In this document: piece after piece, positions 38,101-46,612 of the stretch
How the letters are laid out: each line of letters starts with the position of its first letter
Numbering within the stretch: position 1 is the stretch's first letter
Origin: Nannocystales bacterium
Lineage (GTDB): Bacteria; Myxococcota_A; Polyangia; Nannocystales; Nannocystaceae
DNA: 64,000 nt
Assembly (NCBI GenBank): GCA_050633305.1
Contig: JBOEGF010000024.1
Span: 192,001-256,000 of the forward strand
Direction: 5' to 3'
Translations under genes and position numbers: made by a program
The notes under the pieces: model-generated
Databases searched by the model: none
What the model was told of the DNA's origin: nothing
Seen by the model: only the letters and a program-made list of their open reading frames with translations

Positions 38101-38385
38101 ACCACGGTGCTGGGCCTGGTCCCGATGGCGTTGGGCATCTCCCTGGACTTTCGCAACCTCCGGATCCTTTCTGGAACCCAGAGCGCGCAAATGTGGGGGG
38201 CGATGGCGGTGGCCGTGATCTTCGGCCTGGCGTTCGCCACGGTGCTCACCCTGATTCTGGTTCCGACGCTGTACAGCATCCTCGACGACCTGCGGGGTCT
38301 GGGTGCGCGGCTGCGCGGGAAGGCCAGCCGTCCCACCGCATCGTCTGTGACGGCGACGGAACCCGAGCCGAGCGTCGCCGAGTAG
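35185..38385 (+). CDS. RND efflux permease (AcrB/AcrD/AcrF family)
   Basis: 1066 aa; GMLVDNAIVLVENI, GVVVNNAIVLLD and RFRPVMLT motifs. Confidence 0.95.
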   Translation: MIGALVRRGPTVFLVTVCILIFGLWTYNTLPREASPDVEIPVVMVTTPYIGVSPEDMESLVTNPIEDELAGVKDLKKMSSTSAEGISLITLEFEPEVVIDDALQKVRDRVSRARPDLPEDVEETSVTEVSFSDFPIVIVTIAGPVDQEELKDLGERLQEGVKEIGGVLDAKLTGGRTREVQVQVDPVRLNHFGLALGDVIGAIGDENVNVPGGDVDAGEASVLLRIPGEFEDPAEIENVAIKRKGDRPVFVRDVARLVDGFEKRETYARMNGQPAVSLAVSKRSGANILEVAEAVKALAAEHEEKWPEGVTFRVLGDQSEMISSMVSDLENGILTALLLVVGVLVIFMGVRSSLFVAVSIPLSMLLAMVVVEAFGMTLNMIVLFSLILALGMLVDNAIVLVENIYRHAEMGKPPRQAAIDGTKEIAIAVAASTATTVAAFAPLVFWTGMMGQFMGYMPKTVIIVLLASLLVAVGILPAATARLMPKSMAKRSDHKQTAYGPSMRLYRRALGWAIRHRYIAAFAGVLSLFGTIAIYAGNNHGMEFFPETDPPRATISVRAPDGTSLEATDAIVRQIEAILATEANVDVFVAETGISGGGDPMTAAQPAANFARITLDFLPDEASAGAGETVRFEPTTETVDRIRNAVLQIPGAEISVEKERMGPPVGSPIAVEVSGDDFHEVGALAASVRRQLSEVPGATDLADNYHVGRPEMRLRIDRGAAKRVGTSTVSVANTVRTAVAGTKASAFRDGEDEYDITVMVDPRFRDDLQSVLGLRIPGKLDTSPDTFPVPISTVASFELAGGNGSIYHIDQDLVVTIEGDIAEGFAETDVRDAVMAHIGTVDTKPGYGLRLGGAQDEQAEAQAFLLRAFVIAIFLIAAVLVTQFNSFDLPLIIMASVVLSLVGVLWGLMITGTPFGLIMTGLGVISLAGVVVNNAIVLLDYVQQLKATGITTYEALVDAGSARFRPVMLTAATTVLGLVPMALGISLDFRNLRILSGTQSAQMWGAMAVAVIFGLAFATVLTLILVPTLYSILDDLRGLGARLRGKASRPTASSVTATEPEPSVAE

Positions 38386-38402
38386 CCGGGCCAGAGCAGG
38401 GG

Positions 38403-38903
38403 TCAGGAGTCGGGGCGGTCGCCGTACACGATGTCTTCGATGGTGAAGAACGTGTCTCCGCGAGGGCGCCGGACTTCGACCTCGGCGCCCACGGTCTTTC
38501 CCATCAGCGCCTTGGCGACAGGTGACTGCATGCTGATGGCACCATTGTCCGCGTCGGATTCGTCGGGACCGACGATTCGGTAGCACTTGCGCTCGCCCTC
38601 GTCGTCCTCGAGAACCACCCAAGCGCCAAAGCCGACCTTGCCCGCGCTTGCCGCTTGCATGTGTGGTGTGATCACCTTCATGCGGTCCAGGCGCTTGGCG
38701 AGAAACCGCAGCCTGCGGTCAATCTCACGGAGCCTCCGCTTCCCGTATTTGTACTCGGCGTTCTCGGACCGGTCGCCGAGGGCAGCGGCGGCCTGGACCT
38801 CGGCCGTGACGCGTGGCCGCTCGACCTTCCAGAGCTCCTCCAGCTCGGTTCTCACTTTCTCGTGTCCTTCTGGAGTGACGAAAATCGGGAGGTCCTCCGG
38901 CAT
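38403..38903 (-). CDS. greB: Transcription elongation factor GreB
   Basis: GDRSENAEYKYGKRRLREIDRRLRFL; IVGPDE; ISMQSPVAKALMGK. Confidence 0.93.
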   Translation of the reverse strand: MPEDLPIFVTPEGHEKVRTELEELWKVERPRVTAEVQAAAALGDRSENAEYKYGKRRLREIDRRLRFLAKRLDRMKVITPHMQAASAGKVGFGAWVVLEDDEGERKCYRIVGPDESDADNGAISMQSPVAKALMGKTVGAEVEVRRPRGDTFFTIEDIVYGDRPDS

Positions 38904-38960
38904 GATCCGAGCAGTATGGCACCGATTGTCGACGGCGGTTGGGCCGGCTACTCTCCGCGC

Positions 38961-39791
38961 ATGGTTTCGCTCTTCCGCCTTCGCACCCGTGCACCGCTGT
39001 GCCTCTTCACCGTGGCTCTCGCGACCGCCGGCCTGACGGGCTGCGACAGTGGCGACGACAACGGCGAGTCGAGTGGTTCGACCTCGGACGCATCGTCGAC
39101 CACCGACGACCCCTCGACGACCGCCGTGGCGTCCACCGGATCGACCACTGCCGTCGCGTCCTCGAGCAGCACCACGGACGAAGGAACCACCGGGTCGAGC
39201 ACGACCGCGGATGTCTCTTCCTCGACGACCGGTGAAGGGTCTTCCTCCACCGGACCGGTCTGTGAGCCGGGCACCGCGAACTGTCCTTGTGATGGTGATG
39301 TGTGCGAGGGCGACCTCGTTTGCACCGACGGCACCTGCTTCAACCCCGCAGGGTGCCAGGGCAAGCAGCAGGACACTGAGCCCAACGGCACCGAGGCGAC
39401 GGCGCAAGCCCTTGGCAGCGCGAACTGTGGCCAGCTGGCCGAGGTCTCCGGCAGCAGCGAGACCGACGACCTGGACTTCTACACGCTCGATGTCGTCGAC
39501 CTTGGCGCGGACTGTCCGAACAGCGACGGCACGATCTCGATCGTGACCGCGGACGAAGACCTCGAGGTCTGCATGTTCTTCGCGTGCGATGCCGGAGCCG
39601 CCTCGGTCAACTGTGGCGCCGATACGGACGCGACCTCCGAGGATGGCCTCGCAGGGTGTTGCGGCACCAACAGCGTTGAGCCTGGCTTCTTCTGCTCGGG
39701 CGTCAACAACGACAGCGAAGTCGTGTTCCGCGTCGGGGGCCTCGAGGCCAACGTCTGCGTCGACTACGCGCTGGCATACCGCGTCCTGTAG
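38961..39791 (+). CDS. Ser/Thr-rich Cys-rich lipoprotein
   Basis: LTGC lipobox, S/T linker, DTEPNGT...DDLDFY (PPC-like), many Cys. Confidence 0.75.
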   Translation: MVSLFRLRTRAPLCLFTVALATAGLTGCDSGDDNGESSGSTSDASSTTDDPSTTAVASTGSTTAVASSSSTTDEGTTGSSTTADVSSSTTGEGSSSTGPVCEPGTANCPCDGDVCEGDLVCTDGTCFNPAGCQGKQQDTEPNGTEATAQALGSANCGQLAEVSGSSETDDLDFYTLDVVDLGADCPNSDGTISIVTADEDLEVCMFFACDAGAASVNCGADTDATSEDGLAGCCGTNSVEPGFFCSGVNNDSEVVFRVGGLEANVCVDYALAYRVL

Positions 39792-39798
39792 CGGCTGA

Positions 39799-39936
39799 TC
39801 AGTCGTCGAGCGTGTCGATGAGATCGCGGAGCAGGTCTTGGATCTGCTCCCGCTTGTCTTCGACGTATGCGTCGTCCTCGTCGGCGTCCCAGGACCACGC
39901 TCCGCCCAGCAGGGCATCGCTGTGCAGCTTGTTCAT
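39799..39936 (-). CDS. Small acidic hypothetical protein (45 aa)
   Basis: MNKLHSDALLGGAWSWDADEDDAYVEDKREQIQDLLRDLIDTLDD fills the intergenic gap with GC-rich third positions. Confidence 0.5.
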   Translation of the reverse strand: MNKLHSDALLGGAWSWDADEDDAYVEDKREQIQDLLRDLIDTLDD

Positions 39937-40062
39937 AGCCTTTGGGGTACCCCTGGAGCCCGCCCCGCCGCCATTTCTTGGCAATTTCACGGGGCGAGGC
40001 CCCCCGATCTCGCTGCAGAGTGTTTTTTCCCTTCGGCCGGTTGTGCGATACTCCGCCGGGCC

Positions 40063-40836
40063 ATGGCGCTGCACCTTGGAACGGGCTTGATCGAAACTCG
40101 AGGCGAGCCCCAGCTCAAGATGCCCAAACTCGAGAAGGCCTTGTTGAAGGCCTTGGACGAGTTGGGATGGGAACAAACGTACTCCGGAAAGGCTCCGCCC
40201 GAGGAGATCGACCCCGAGGACACGGCCGTTGAGTTCGTGCTGCTCGCGAATGGGGACGGGGTGTTGGGCGTTCGCATCGCGGAGGTCGCGTGCGTCCGAG
40301 ATGTCGCGAGGCATCTGCACGGCGTCGTCGAATCGCCGCTGATGGTGTTCACCACCAAGGGCACCCTCTTCGGACGCCGGTCGGTGGAAGTCACGTGTCG
40401 GAAGTTCGAGGTCAAGGACGGCGAGGTCGAAGAACTCCCTGTCATGGTCACGCACACCGCTGAAGTGACCGACTTGGAGCACAACGAACTCCGGCAGTCC
40501 CCCAACGCGTTGCGAGCTCGAATCAAGACTGCGAACGACTCGATGCTCGGCGCCGAGGCCAGCGCGGACTTCAAGGACAAGAAGGTCTTCCGCTACAAGC
40601 GGGCGCACAAGAAGGTGAAGTTCAGCTCGCCGCGCCTGGGTCGACTCATGGCGCAGATCGAGACCTGCGAGGCATTTGAAGCCGTGCTCGAGGGCGAGCA
40701 GCCTATCGTCAAGGTCGTGCTCAGCGGTGGGGCCAAGAGCCTCGCGTATCTCAAGCCCGAGGAACTCGCCGAGCTGGAAAAGGCGATCGAGTTGCGACCC
40801 GAGATCGCCCGCCGTCGTGCGGGCGCAGGCGACTGA
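40063..40836 (+). CDS. Hypothetical protein
   Basis: Long ORF with natural composition and no recognised motif. Confidence 0.7.
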   Translation: MALHLGTGLIETRGEPQLKMPKLEKALLKALDELGWEQTYSGKAPPEEIDPEDTAVEFVLLANGDGVLGVRIAEVACVRDVARHLHGVVESPLMVFTTKGTLFGRRSVEVTCRKFEVKDGEVEELPVMVTHTAEVTDLEHNELRQSPNALRARIKTANDSMLGAEASADFKDKKVFRYKRAHKKVKFSSPRLGRLMAQIETCEAFEAVLEGEQPIVKVVLSGGAKSLAYLKPEELAELEKAIELRPEIARRRAGAGD

Positions 40837-40886
40837 GTTCCTCGATTCCTGAGCCAGCCCGGCGTCGATGGGCTGCGAGGTCAGCG

Positions 40887-41411
40887 CTACGTCGAGCTCG
40901 GCACCACATGCCCTCGGGCGATGTGGTCAACCAGCAAGAGCAGCGTGGGCATCCGGAAACGTCCGTACATCGTGCGGACGTAGTTGCCCGCCTGGCCGTT
41001 GGACAGACCACTGGCCGTGACCCACAGCGGCGTCGTGCTCTCTCCGCGAAGCACGGGCTCGGCAGGCGCGCCCTCGAACTCGGTCTTTGCGACCCCCACG
41101 ATGGCCGGTGTGAGGTTGTCTTCGCCCAGCGCATTCGCGACGTGTCGCCCGAGACCGGCTTTCTCGCCGAGGTCGACGTAGCCGTCGACCACGATCGTGT
41201 CGACGTCGTGCGCGCTCAGAAGCCAGTGCAACATCGGCATCAAACACGGGAGTTCTCGCTCGTAGAACCGCCCTGGGACATAGGGCCCGAACCCCGTCGC
41301 TCGGTCCGCGTACATGGCAACCGGCGACGGGTCGTCCCAATGCTCGAACACAACCGCTGCCGCGCGCGCCTCGACCTCGCTGAGGTAGTGCACGTCTGTG
41401 GCCAGGATCAT
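40887..41411 (-). CDS. nfi: Endonuclease V family protein
   Basis: DVHY, YVPGRFYERELP, VDGY, GLGRH and GVAKT motifs. Confidence 0.85.
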   Translation of the reverse strand: MILATDVHYLSEVEARAAAVVFEHWDDPSPVAMYADRATGFGPYVPGRFYERELPCLMPMLHWLLSAHDVDTIVVDGYVDLGEKAGLGRHVANALGEDNLTPAIVGVAKTEFEGAPAEPVLRGESTTPLWVTASGLSNGQAGNYVRTMYGRFRMPTLLLLVDHIARGHVVPSST

Positions 41412-41608
41412 CGGTCAACGCTAGCAGCCCATGACGAAGTCGCCACGGCGTCCCCATCTTTTCCTCCTGCGGAGCTCGTCGGCACCTCGGTCTGGGGCCA
41501 GTCGAGCGGCCCTCGGGCGCAAGACGAGACGTGAACGCCCCCGCAAACGGCATACTCCGGTGGGCACGAAGCCGGTGTGCAAGACTCTGTGTTCAGAGGC
41601 TCGACCCC

Positions 41609-42748
41609 GTGCCAACGCATCTCATCTTGGTCCCAGGGTTCCTCGGCTTTCAACGGCTCGGGACGATGTCCTACTTCGTGAAGGTGGAGGAGGTGCTCAC
41701 GCGCTTGGGTGAGCGTCTTCGGGAGGATGTCCAGGTTCAGGCGATGCGGACGCTACCCACTGGAACGCTGGGGGCGCGTGCTGCAAAACTCGCCGAGTTT
41801 GTGGATGGCCTTCCGGACGATGGGGGAGATGTGCATTTGCTCGGTCACTCGACCGGCGGAGTGGATGCCCGCCTCTTTCTCTCACCGGGGGCCTCCTTGC
41901 CGACGACCGTCGACGTCGATGCCGCAGCGTCTCGGGTTCGCAGCGCCGTGTCCATCGCCGCGCCGCACCACGGGACGCCGCTCGCGTTGTTCATGACGGG
42001 CGTCAACGGACATCGGCTGCTGCGCGTGATGTCGTTCGTGCTCACCAAGATGCTCTCCACGGCGCGCGGACCCGTCCGCGCGATCGGCTCGGTCTCGGAG
42101 ACCGTACTTCTGCTCGATGCCCTCTCGGGTCTCGATCGGCACGTTCGCAAGCCGCTGGCGGACAGACTCGGGCCGCTGCTGTCCAAGCCGCTTGACGCGG
42201 ATCTGGATGATGGTGGTGCGCTCCATCCCCTCATCGAGGACATGGGCCATGACAGCGCGCTGCTCGAGCACCTGACCCCGTCGTCGATGGACCTGTTCAA
42301 CACCGCGGTGGGAAACCGCAGGGGGGTCGCGTACGGCTGTATCGTCGCCGCCGCTCCTCCACCGTCTCTCAGAGGCCGGGCGCGTGTTGGGTTCGACCCC
42401 CTCGGCCAGCTTGGATACGCGCTGTTCAGCGCGCTGCATCGGTTGTGCGCCCTGAGCAACCCGCGATTGCATCGGGTTTTGGATCATGCGCAGCGGACTG
42501 CGCTCCTGGCGGGCCTCGGTCGCATTCCCGAGACGGCGGACAGCGACGCCTTCGTTCCCACGCTGTCCCAGGTTTGGGGCGAGGTCATCGACGCTCGCCC
42601 ATGCGACCACCTCGACCTGATGGGCTACTACGGTGAGCACGGAGTCGACCTCCTTCCGTGCGCGGCCGACTTCGGGGCCTCGGAGTTCAAGCGCGTCTGG
42701 CAACGCGCCGGCCTCTTCGCCCTCGACCCCGGCTTCCGAACCCATTGA
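41609..42748 (+). CDS. Alpha/beta hydrolase (lipase-like)
   Basis: LVPGFLGF, GHSTGG nucleophile elbow, APHHGTPLA, DAFVP, DHLD. Start could be 41531. Confidence 0.85.
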   Translation: MPTHLILVPGFLGFQRLGTMSYFVKVEEVLTRLGERLREDVQVQAMRTLPTGTLGARAAKLAEFVDGLPDDGGDVHLLGHSTGGVDARLFLSPGASLPTTVDVDAAASRVRSAVSIAAPHHGTPLALFMTGVNGHRLLRVMSFVLTKMLSTARGPVRAIGSVSETVLLLDALSGLDRHVRKPLADRLGPLLSKPLDADLDDGGALHPLIEDMGHDSALLEHLTPSSMDLFNTAVGNRRGVAYGCIVAAAPPPSLRGRARVGFDPLGQLGYALFSALHRLCALSNPRLHRVLDHAQRTALLAGLGRIPETADSDAFVPTLSQVWGEVIDARPCDHLDLMGYYGEHGVDLLPCAADFGASEFKRVWQRAGLFALDPGFRTH

Positions 42749-42749
42749 T

Positions 42750-42900
42750 CCCCGGACCCGCGAGGCCTAAGCCCCACCGCTGACACCGAGCGAAGCAGGA
42801 GGAGCGAAAGCGACGAGCGAGGGCAAGGCCCGACCGCCAGGGGTTGAAACGAAGGGGGCTACGCCCCCGCAGTGAAGGGGACCGCGAGGTCCCCTTAATA
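42750..42900. repeat. REP-like / structured intergenic element with GNRA hairpins
   Basis: GGGGGC-TAC-GCCCCC (42854-42868) and AAGGGGACC-GCGA-GGTCCCCTT (42875-42896), between convergent genes. Confidence 0.5.
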
Positions 42901-42902
42901 AC

Positions 42903-44396
42903 CTAGTACGCCTTCGCCATCAGGACGCGTTGCGCCGACGGTTTGCCCGACTTGATGCAGACGCCGGGCTCCGCGTCGGGTCCCTGACCGGGCAGAGGGA
43001 TACAGCGGATGGTCACCTTGGTCGCGGCCTTGATCGCGGCTTCGGTCTCGGCGGTGCCGTCCCAGTGGCACCAGGCGAAGGTACTGGCGTCGTCCTTGAA
43101 CGTCTTGACGAAGTCGTCCCAGTTGTCGAGCGTGACGGTGCGATCGGCGATGCGCTGTTGGGCAGCCGCGAGAAGCTCGGCTTGATACGCATCGAGGCGA
43201 GCCTTCACGCCTTCGACAAAGGCGCCGGCATCGAGGAACTCCTTCTTGCCGGTGCCGCCGGTCCTCATCTTGACGCAGACTTGGCCCTTGTCGAGATCCT
43301 TGGGACCCAGCTCGATCCGCATGGGAACGCCACGACGCTCCCAGTGATAGAATTTCGCACCGGGTCGCATGTCGCGGTCGTCGATCCGCACCTCGATGAA
43401 GTCTCGGTAGCGGACGCCCTCGGGGGCGATGTCGATCGAGCTGAGCTCCTTCTTGAGGCGCTCGGCCGCCTCCATGACAGCGACGCGCTGCTCGTCGGTC
43501 TTGTAGATCGGGATGACGACCGCGTGAATCGGTGCGAGGGCAGGGGGGAGGACCAGGCCCTCGTCATCGGAGTGCGTCATGATCAAACCGCCGACCAGTC
43601 GCGTCGAGACGCCCCAAGAGGTCTGCCAGACATACTCCAGCTCGCCACTCTCGGACTGGAACTTCACGTCGAACGCCTTGCCGAAGTTCTGCCCCAGGTC
43701 GTGGCTGGTACCGGCTTGCAGCGCCTTGCCGTCCTGCATCATCGCCTCGATGCACAAGCTCTGAACTGCGCCCGCGAACTTCTCGGTCTCGGTCTTGATG
43801 CCTCGCACGACGGGCATGGCCATCGTGCCCTCGGCGAACTCGCTGTAGACGCCGAGCATCTTGCGGACCTCGGCCTTGGACTCTTCGTGGTTGGCGTGGG
43901 CCGTGTGCCCCTCCTGCCACAGGAACTCGGTCGTCCGCAGGAACATGCGTGTTCGCAGCTCCCACCGCATCACGTTTGCCCATTGGTTGATGAGCATGGG
44001 GAGGTCGCGATGGCTGGAGATCCACTTGCCGAAGAAGTGCCCGATGATCGTCTCGGAGGTCGGACGAATGACGTAGGGCTCCTCGAGCTTCTCACCGCCC
44101 GCGTGCGTAACCACGGCGAGCTCGGGTGCGAAGCCCTCGACGTGCTCGGCTTCCTTGGTGATGAAGCTCTGCGGGACCAGCAGCGGGAAGTATGCGTTGT
44201 CGTGCCCCGTGTCCTTGAACCGAGAGTCGAGGCCTCTCTGGATCTTCTCCCAGATGGCGAAGCCGTAGGGCTTGATCACCATGCAGCCCTTCACGACCTT
44301 GGCGGGCTCGGCCAGGTCGGCTTCACGGATCACGTCCTGGTACCACTTCGGGTAGTCCTCGGATCGCGGCGTGATCTTCTCAGGCTTGGAACTCAT
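42903..44396 (-). CDS. proS: Proline--tRNA ligase (archaeal/eukaryote-like type)
   Basis: [41 protein letters not shown]-terminal AKAY; no INS editing domain. Confidence 0.96.
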   Translation of the reverse strand: MSSKPEKITPRSEDYPKWYQDVIREADLAEPAKVVKGCMVIKPYGFAIWEKIQRGLDSRFKDTGHDNAYFPLLVPQSFITKEAEHVEGFAPELAVVTHAGGEKLEEPYVIRPTSETIIGHFFGKWISSHRDLPMLINQWANVMRWELRTRMFLRTTEFLWQEGHTAHANHEESKAEVRKMLGVYSEFAEGTMAMPVVRGIKTETEKFAGAVQSLCIEAMMQDGKALQAGTSHDLGQNFGKAFDVKFQSESGELEYVWQTSWGVSTRLVGGLIMTHSDDEGLVLPPALAPIHAVVIPIYKTDEQRVAVMEAAERLKKELSSIDIAPEGVRYRDFIEVRIDDRDMRPGAKFYHWERRGVPMRIELGPKDLDKGQVCVKMRTGGTGKKEFLDAGAFVEGVKARLDAYQAELLAAAQQRIADRTVTLDNWDDFVKTFKDDASTFAWCHWDGTAETEAAIKAATKVTIRCIPLPGQGPDAEPGVCIKSGKPSAQRVLMAKAY

Positions 44397-45982
44397 CGCG
44401 CCGGAGCATGGCCCGTGCTCGTCTCGCCGCGCAAGCGTGAACGGCCCGGCCACAGAGCCAAGGCGAGGCTGCTCACTGCGGCGACGGAGATCCCGAGAAA
44501 GACGCGCGACATCCCTGGGTGGCCGGCTTGCGCGAGCTGATTCGCGCCGACTCGCAGGAGGTCTGGCCGCAGCTGCGCGAAGCCCCAGGCCGGGGTGCCC
44601 TCGAGTGACCAATGGGAGACCCAGAGGTAGCCGGGGTCGTCGGGTGTGCTGCCGTAGAGCACCATCATCCATTCGAAGATCGAGTGCTGCGCGAGGTGGA
44701 TCTGCAGCGCCACGGAGACGCTGAGCAGCAGTACCAGGCCCACACGCAGCCGTTTTGTGCCGCCGTCCCAGGCAGCGGCGATGGGCAGCAGCGCAAAGGG
44801 GATGATCGGGATGAGGAACCGTGGCCCGAGCGCCCAGCCTCCCCACCAGTCGCTTCGCGTCGCCACAAACAACATGCGCGTGACGACGACTGCAAGGCAG
44901 AACCACGCGGCCGCAGGCACGCGCTGCCGAAAACGCCGCCATCCGAGAAGCGCTCCGAGGAGCACGGGCGAGGTCCACCACAGGCTCCGGCCGGGCGAGA
45001 CCAACAGCGCGAGCAGGTTCAGCCCGGGGACGACGACGTGGCTGTACAGGCCATGGCGCCCGGACTCGAAGGGACTTCCGAATCGGAGCGCTTGGCTCAC
45101 GCCCAGCGCGATGAGGCCGGTCGCGCCCAGCAGCAACGCGACGCCCCAGGTTCGCTTCAGGCTCGCACGCTCTGGCCACCTTGGCGCGAACGCGTAGCCC
45201 AAGAATGCGGGGACTGCGATCAGGTTGAGCAAGTGCACGTGGCAGGACCACCCGACCACGAACGCGGCGAACCACAGCCACCGAGGCTCACGCGTACGGT
45301 GATGCCGTTCGAGGCCCAGAGCCGCGCCCAGCAGCAACACCGTCGACAACGGCTCGCTCAAGAACGTGCGGGTGTAGGGCAACAGGAGCGTGCCGAACCC
45401 CAACGCAACCCCCACGAACCATGCCGCGCCGCGGGAGAACCCGAGCCGCCGTGTCCACGCCATGGCGAGCAGGACCGCGAGCGGGGTCAACAGGCAGTTC
45501 GTCAGGCTGACGAGCAGTCGTGTCCAGTCGTCGTGCTGGCTGCGGCGGTGGACAAAGAAATGGTCCGAGCGAATGGTGTGTCGCCAGGCTTCAGGAGCCG
45601 TCGCAGCGGCGGCCTTGCCGAGCCCGTACATGGGCAGCGCGGCGATGGAGAGGCCATGCCCGAAGAAGCCGTACCGTTGGCCTCTGGGCCCAGCCGCCCA
45701 TCCGAACGTGCCTGTGGGTTCGCCCTTGGGTTCGCCGGTTCGCCGAGGGATCCCGGGAATGGAGAGACCACCACGCTCGTAGAGTGCGGCGGTCGTTTGG
45801 TAGACGATCTCGTCGTCTGGAAACGCGATACGGCCCGGTGCGCAGAGCAGGTAGGCGCACACGCAAAACACCAGGAACGCGACGGTCCGTCGTCGTCCCT
45901 GGTGTACAGGCGTGGAGAGCACGCGAAAGCCGGAGCTGTCCTGAGAGCTGTCCTGGTTCAGGCGGCCGAATCGGCCGGCCAA
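44393..45982 (-). CDS. GT-C-like polytopic membrane glycosyltransferase (ArnT/PMT-like)
   Basis: PDDE acidic pair after TM1, [32 protein letters not shown]. Start uncertain (45982 or 45922). Confidence 0.7.
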   Translation of the reverse strand: MAGRFGRLNQDSSQDSSGFRVLSTPVHQGRRRTVAFLVFCVCAYLLCAPGRIAFPDDEIVYQTTAALYERGGLSIPGIPRRTGEPKGEPTGTFGWAAGPRGQRYGFFGHGLSIAALPMYGLGKAAAATAPEAWRHTIRSDHFFVHRRSQHDDWTRLLVSLTNCLLTPLAVLLAMAWTRRLGFSRGAAWFVGVALGFGTLLLPYTRTFLSEPLSTVLLLGAALGLERHHRTREPRWLWFAAFVVGWSCHVHLLNLIAVPAFLGYAFAPRWPERASLKRTWGVALLLGATGLIALGVSQALRFGSPFESGRHGLYSHVVVPGLNLLALLVSPGRSLWWTSPVLLGALLGWRRFRQRVPAAAWFCLAVVVTRMLFVATRSDWWGGWALGPRFLIPIIPFALLPIAAAWDGGTKRLRVGLVLLLSVSVALQIHLAQHSIFEWMMVLYGSTPDDPGYLWVSHWSLEGTPAWGFAQLRPDLLRVGANQLAQAGHPGMSRVFLGISVAAVSSLALALWPGRSRLRGETSTGHAPAR

Positions 45983-45983
45983 A

Positions 45984-46445
45984 TCAGCCGGAGGTGCCGC
46001 CGGAGTCCGACATGCACATGGACGTGTCGAACGTGCACATCATCGGGTCGCAACCAAGGGTGCCGGTTCCGAGACCGAGGGCGGTGCAGTCGAGACCCTG
46101 GAGGTCCGCTCCGTCGCACTGCTCGCCGGGGCTGACAACGCCGTCTCCACAGCCGCCGCCTTCGGTGGCGGTGGTGGGGTCGCCGCTGGTGCTGGTGCTG
46201 CTCGCTGCACCGGAGGTCGTGGTGCCGCTGGGGTCGCCGCTGGAGCCCGAGTCACCGGTGGTCGGGTTGACCGAGGTGCCGCTGGGGTCTTCGCCGCTCG
46301 AGGAGCCGGCGGTGTCGGTGCCAGGAGAATCGGTGGTCTCGGCGCCGTTGGACGCGGTGAACCCCGGATCTTCTACGTCGGTCGTACATCCGACCATGGC
46401 GCCCACCAGCGCGATGCAAGCAACCCCAAACCCAATGCGGAACAT
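45984..46445 (-). CDS. Small Ser/Thr-rich lipoprotein with myxobacterial Cys-rich repeat
   Basis: MVGC lipobox; CGDGVVSPGEQCDG...C...LGC motif. Confidence 0.8.
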   Translation of the reverse strand: MFRIGFGVACIALVGAMVGCTTDVEDPGFTASNGAETTDSPGTDTAGSSSGEDPSGTSVNPTTGDSGSSGDPSGTTTSGAASSTSTSGDPTTATEGGGCGDGVVSPGEQCDGADLQGLDCTALGLGTGTLGCDPMMCTFDTSMCMSDSGGTSG

Positions 46446-46612
46446 GCCCCACCATAGATCGGTGGCGCCGGGTTGGGTCAAGTTTATTCGACTTCGGAAC
46501 TTGACAATCCCGACGCCCCGTCCACATGCGTTCCGCACGCGCTCTGGCGGGCCGTGAACGGACCCTGAGGAACCTTTCCGAGGTCGAAGAAGCGGCTCTA
46601 CATGCCGGATCG

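Noticed and set aside
38904..39917. N-terminal extension making GreB 504 aa
   Set aside because: Antisense to the lipoprotein at 38961-39791; GreB starts at 38903.
44397..45281. N-terminal extension making ProRS 792 aa
   Set aside because: Overlaps the GT-C gene in another frame; ProRS homology begins at ATG 44396.
46565..46600. GAACC...AGGTCGAAGAAGCGGC resembling SRP RNA domain IV
   Set aside because: Lacks the CC-GGAA-GG tetraloop stem and the flanking long helix.
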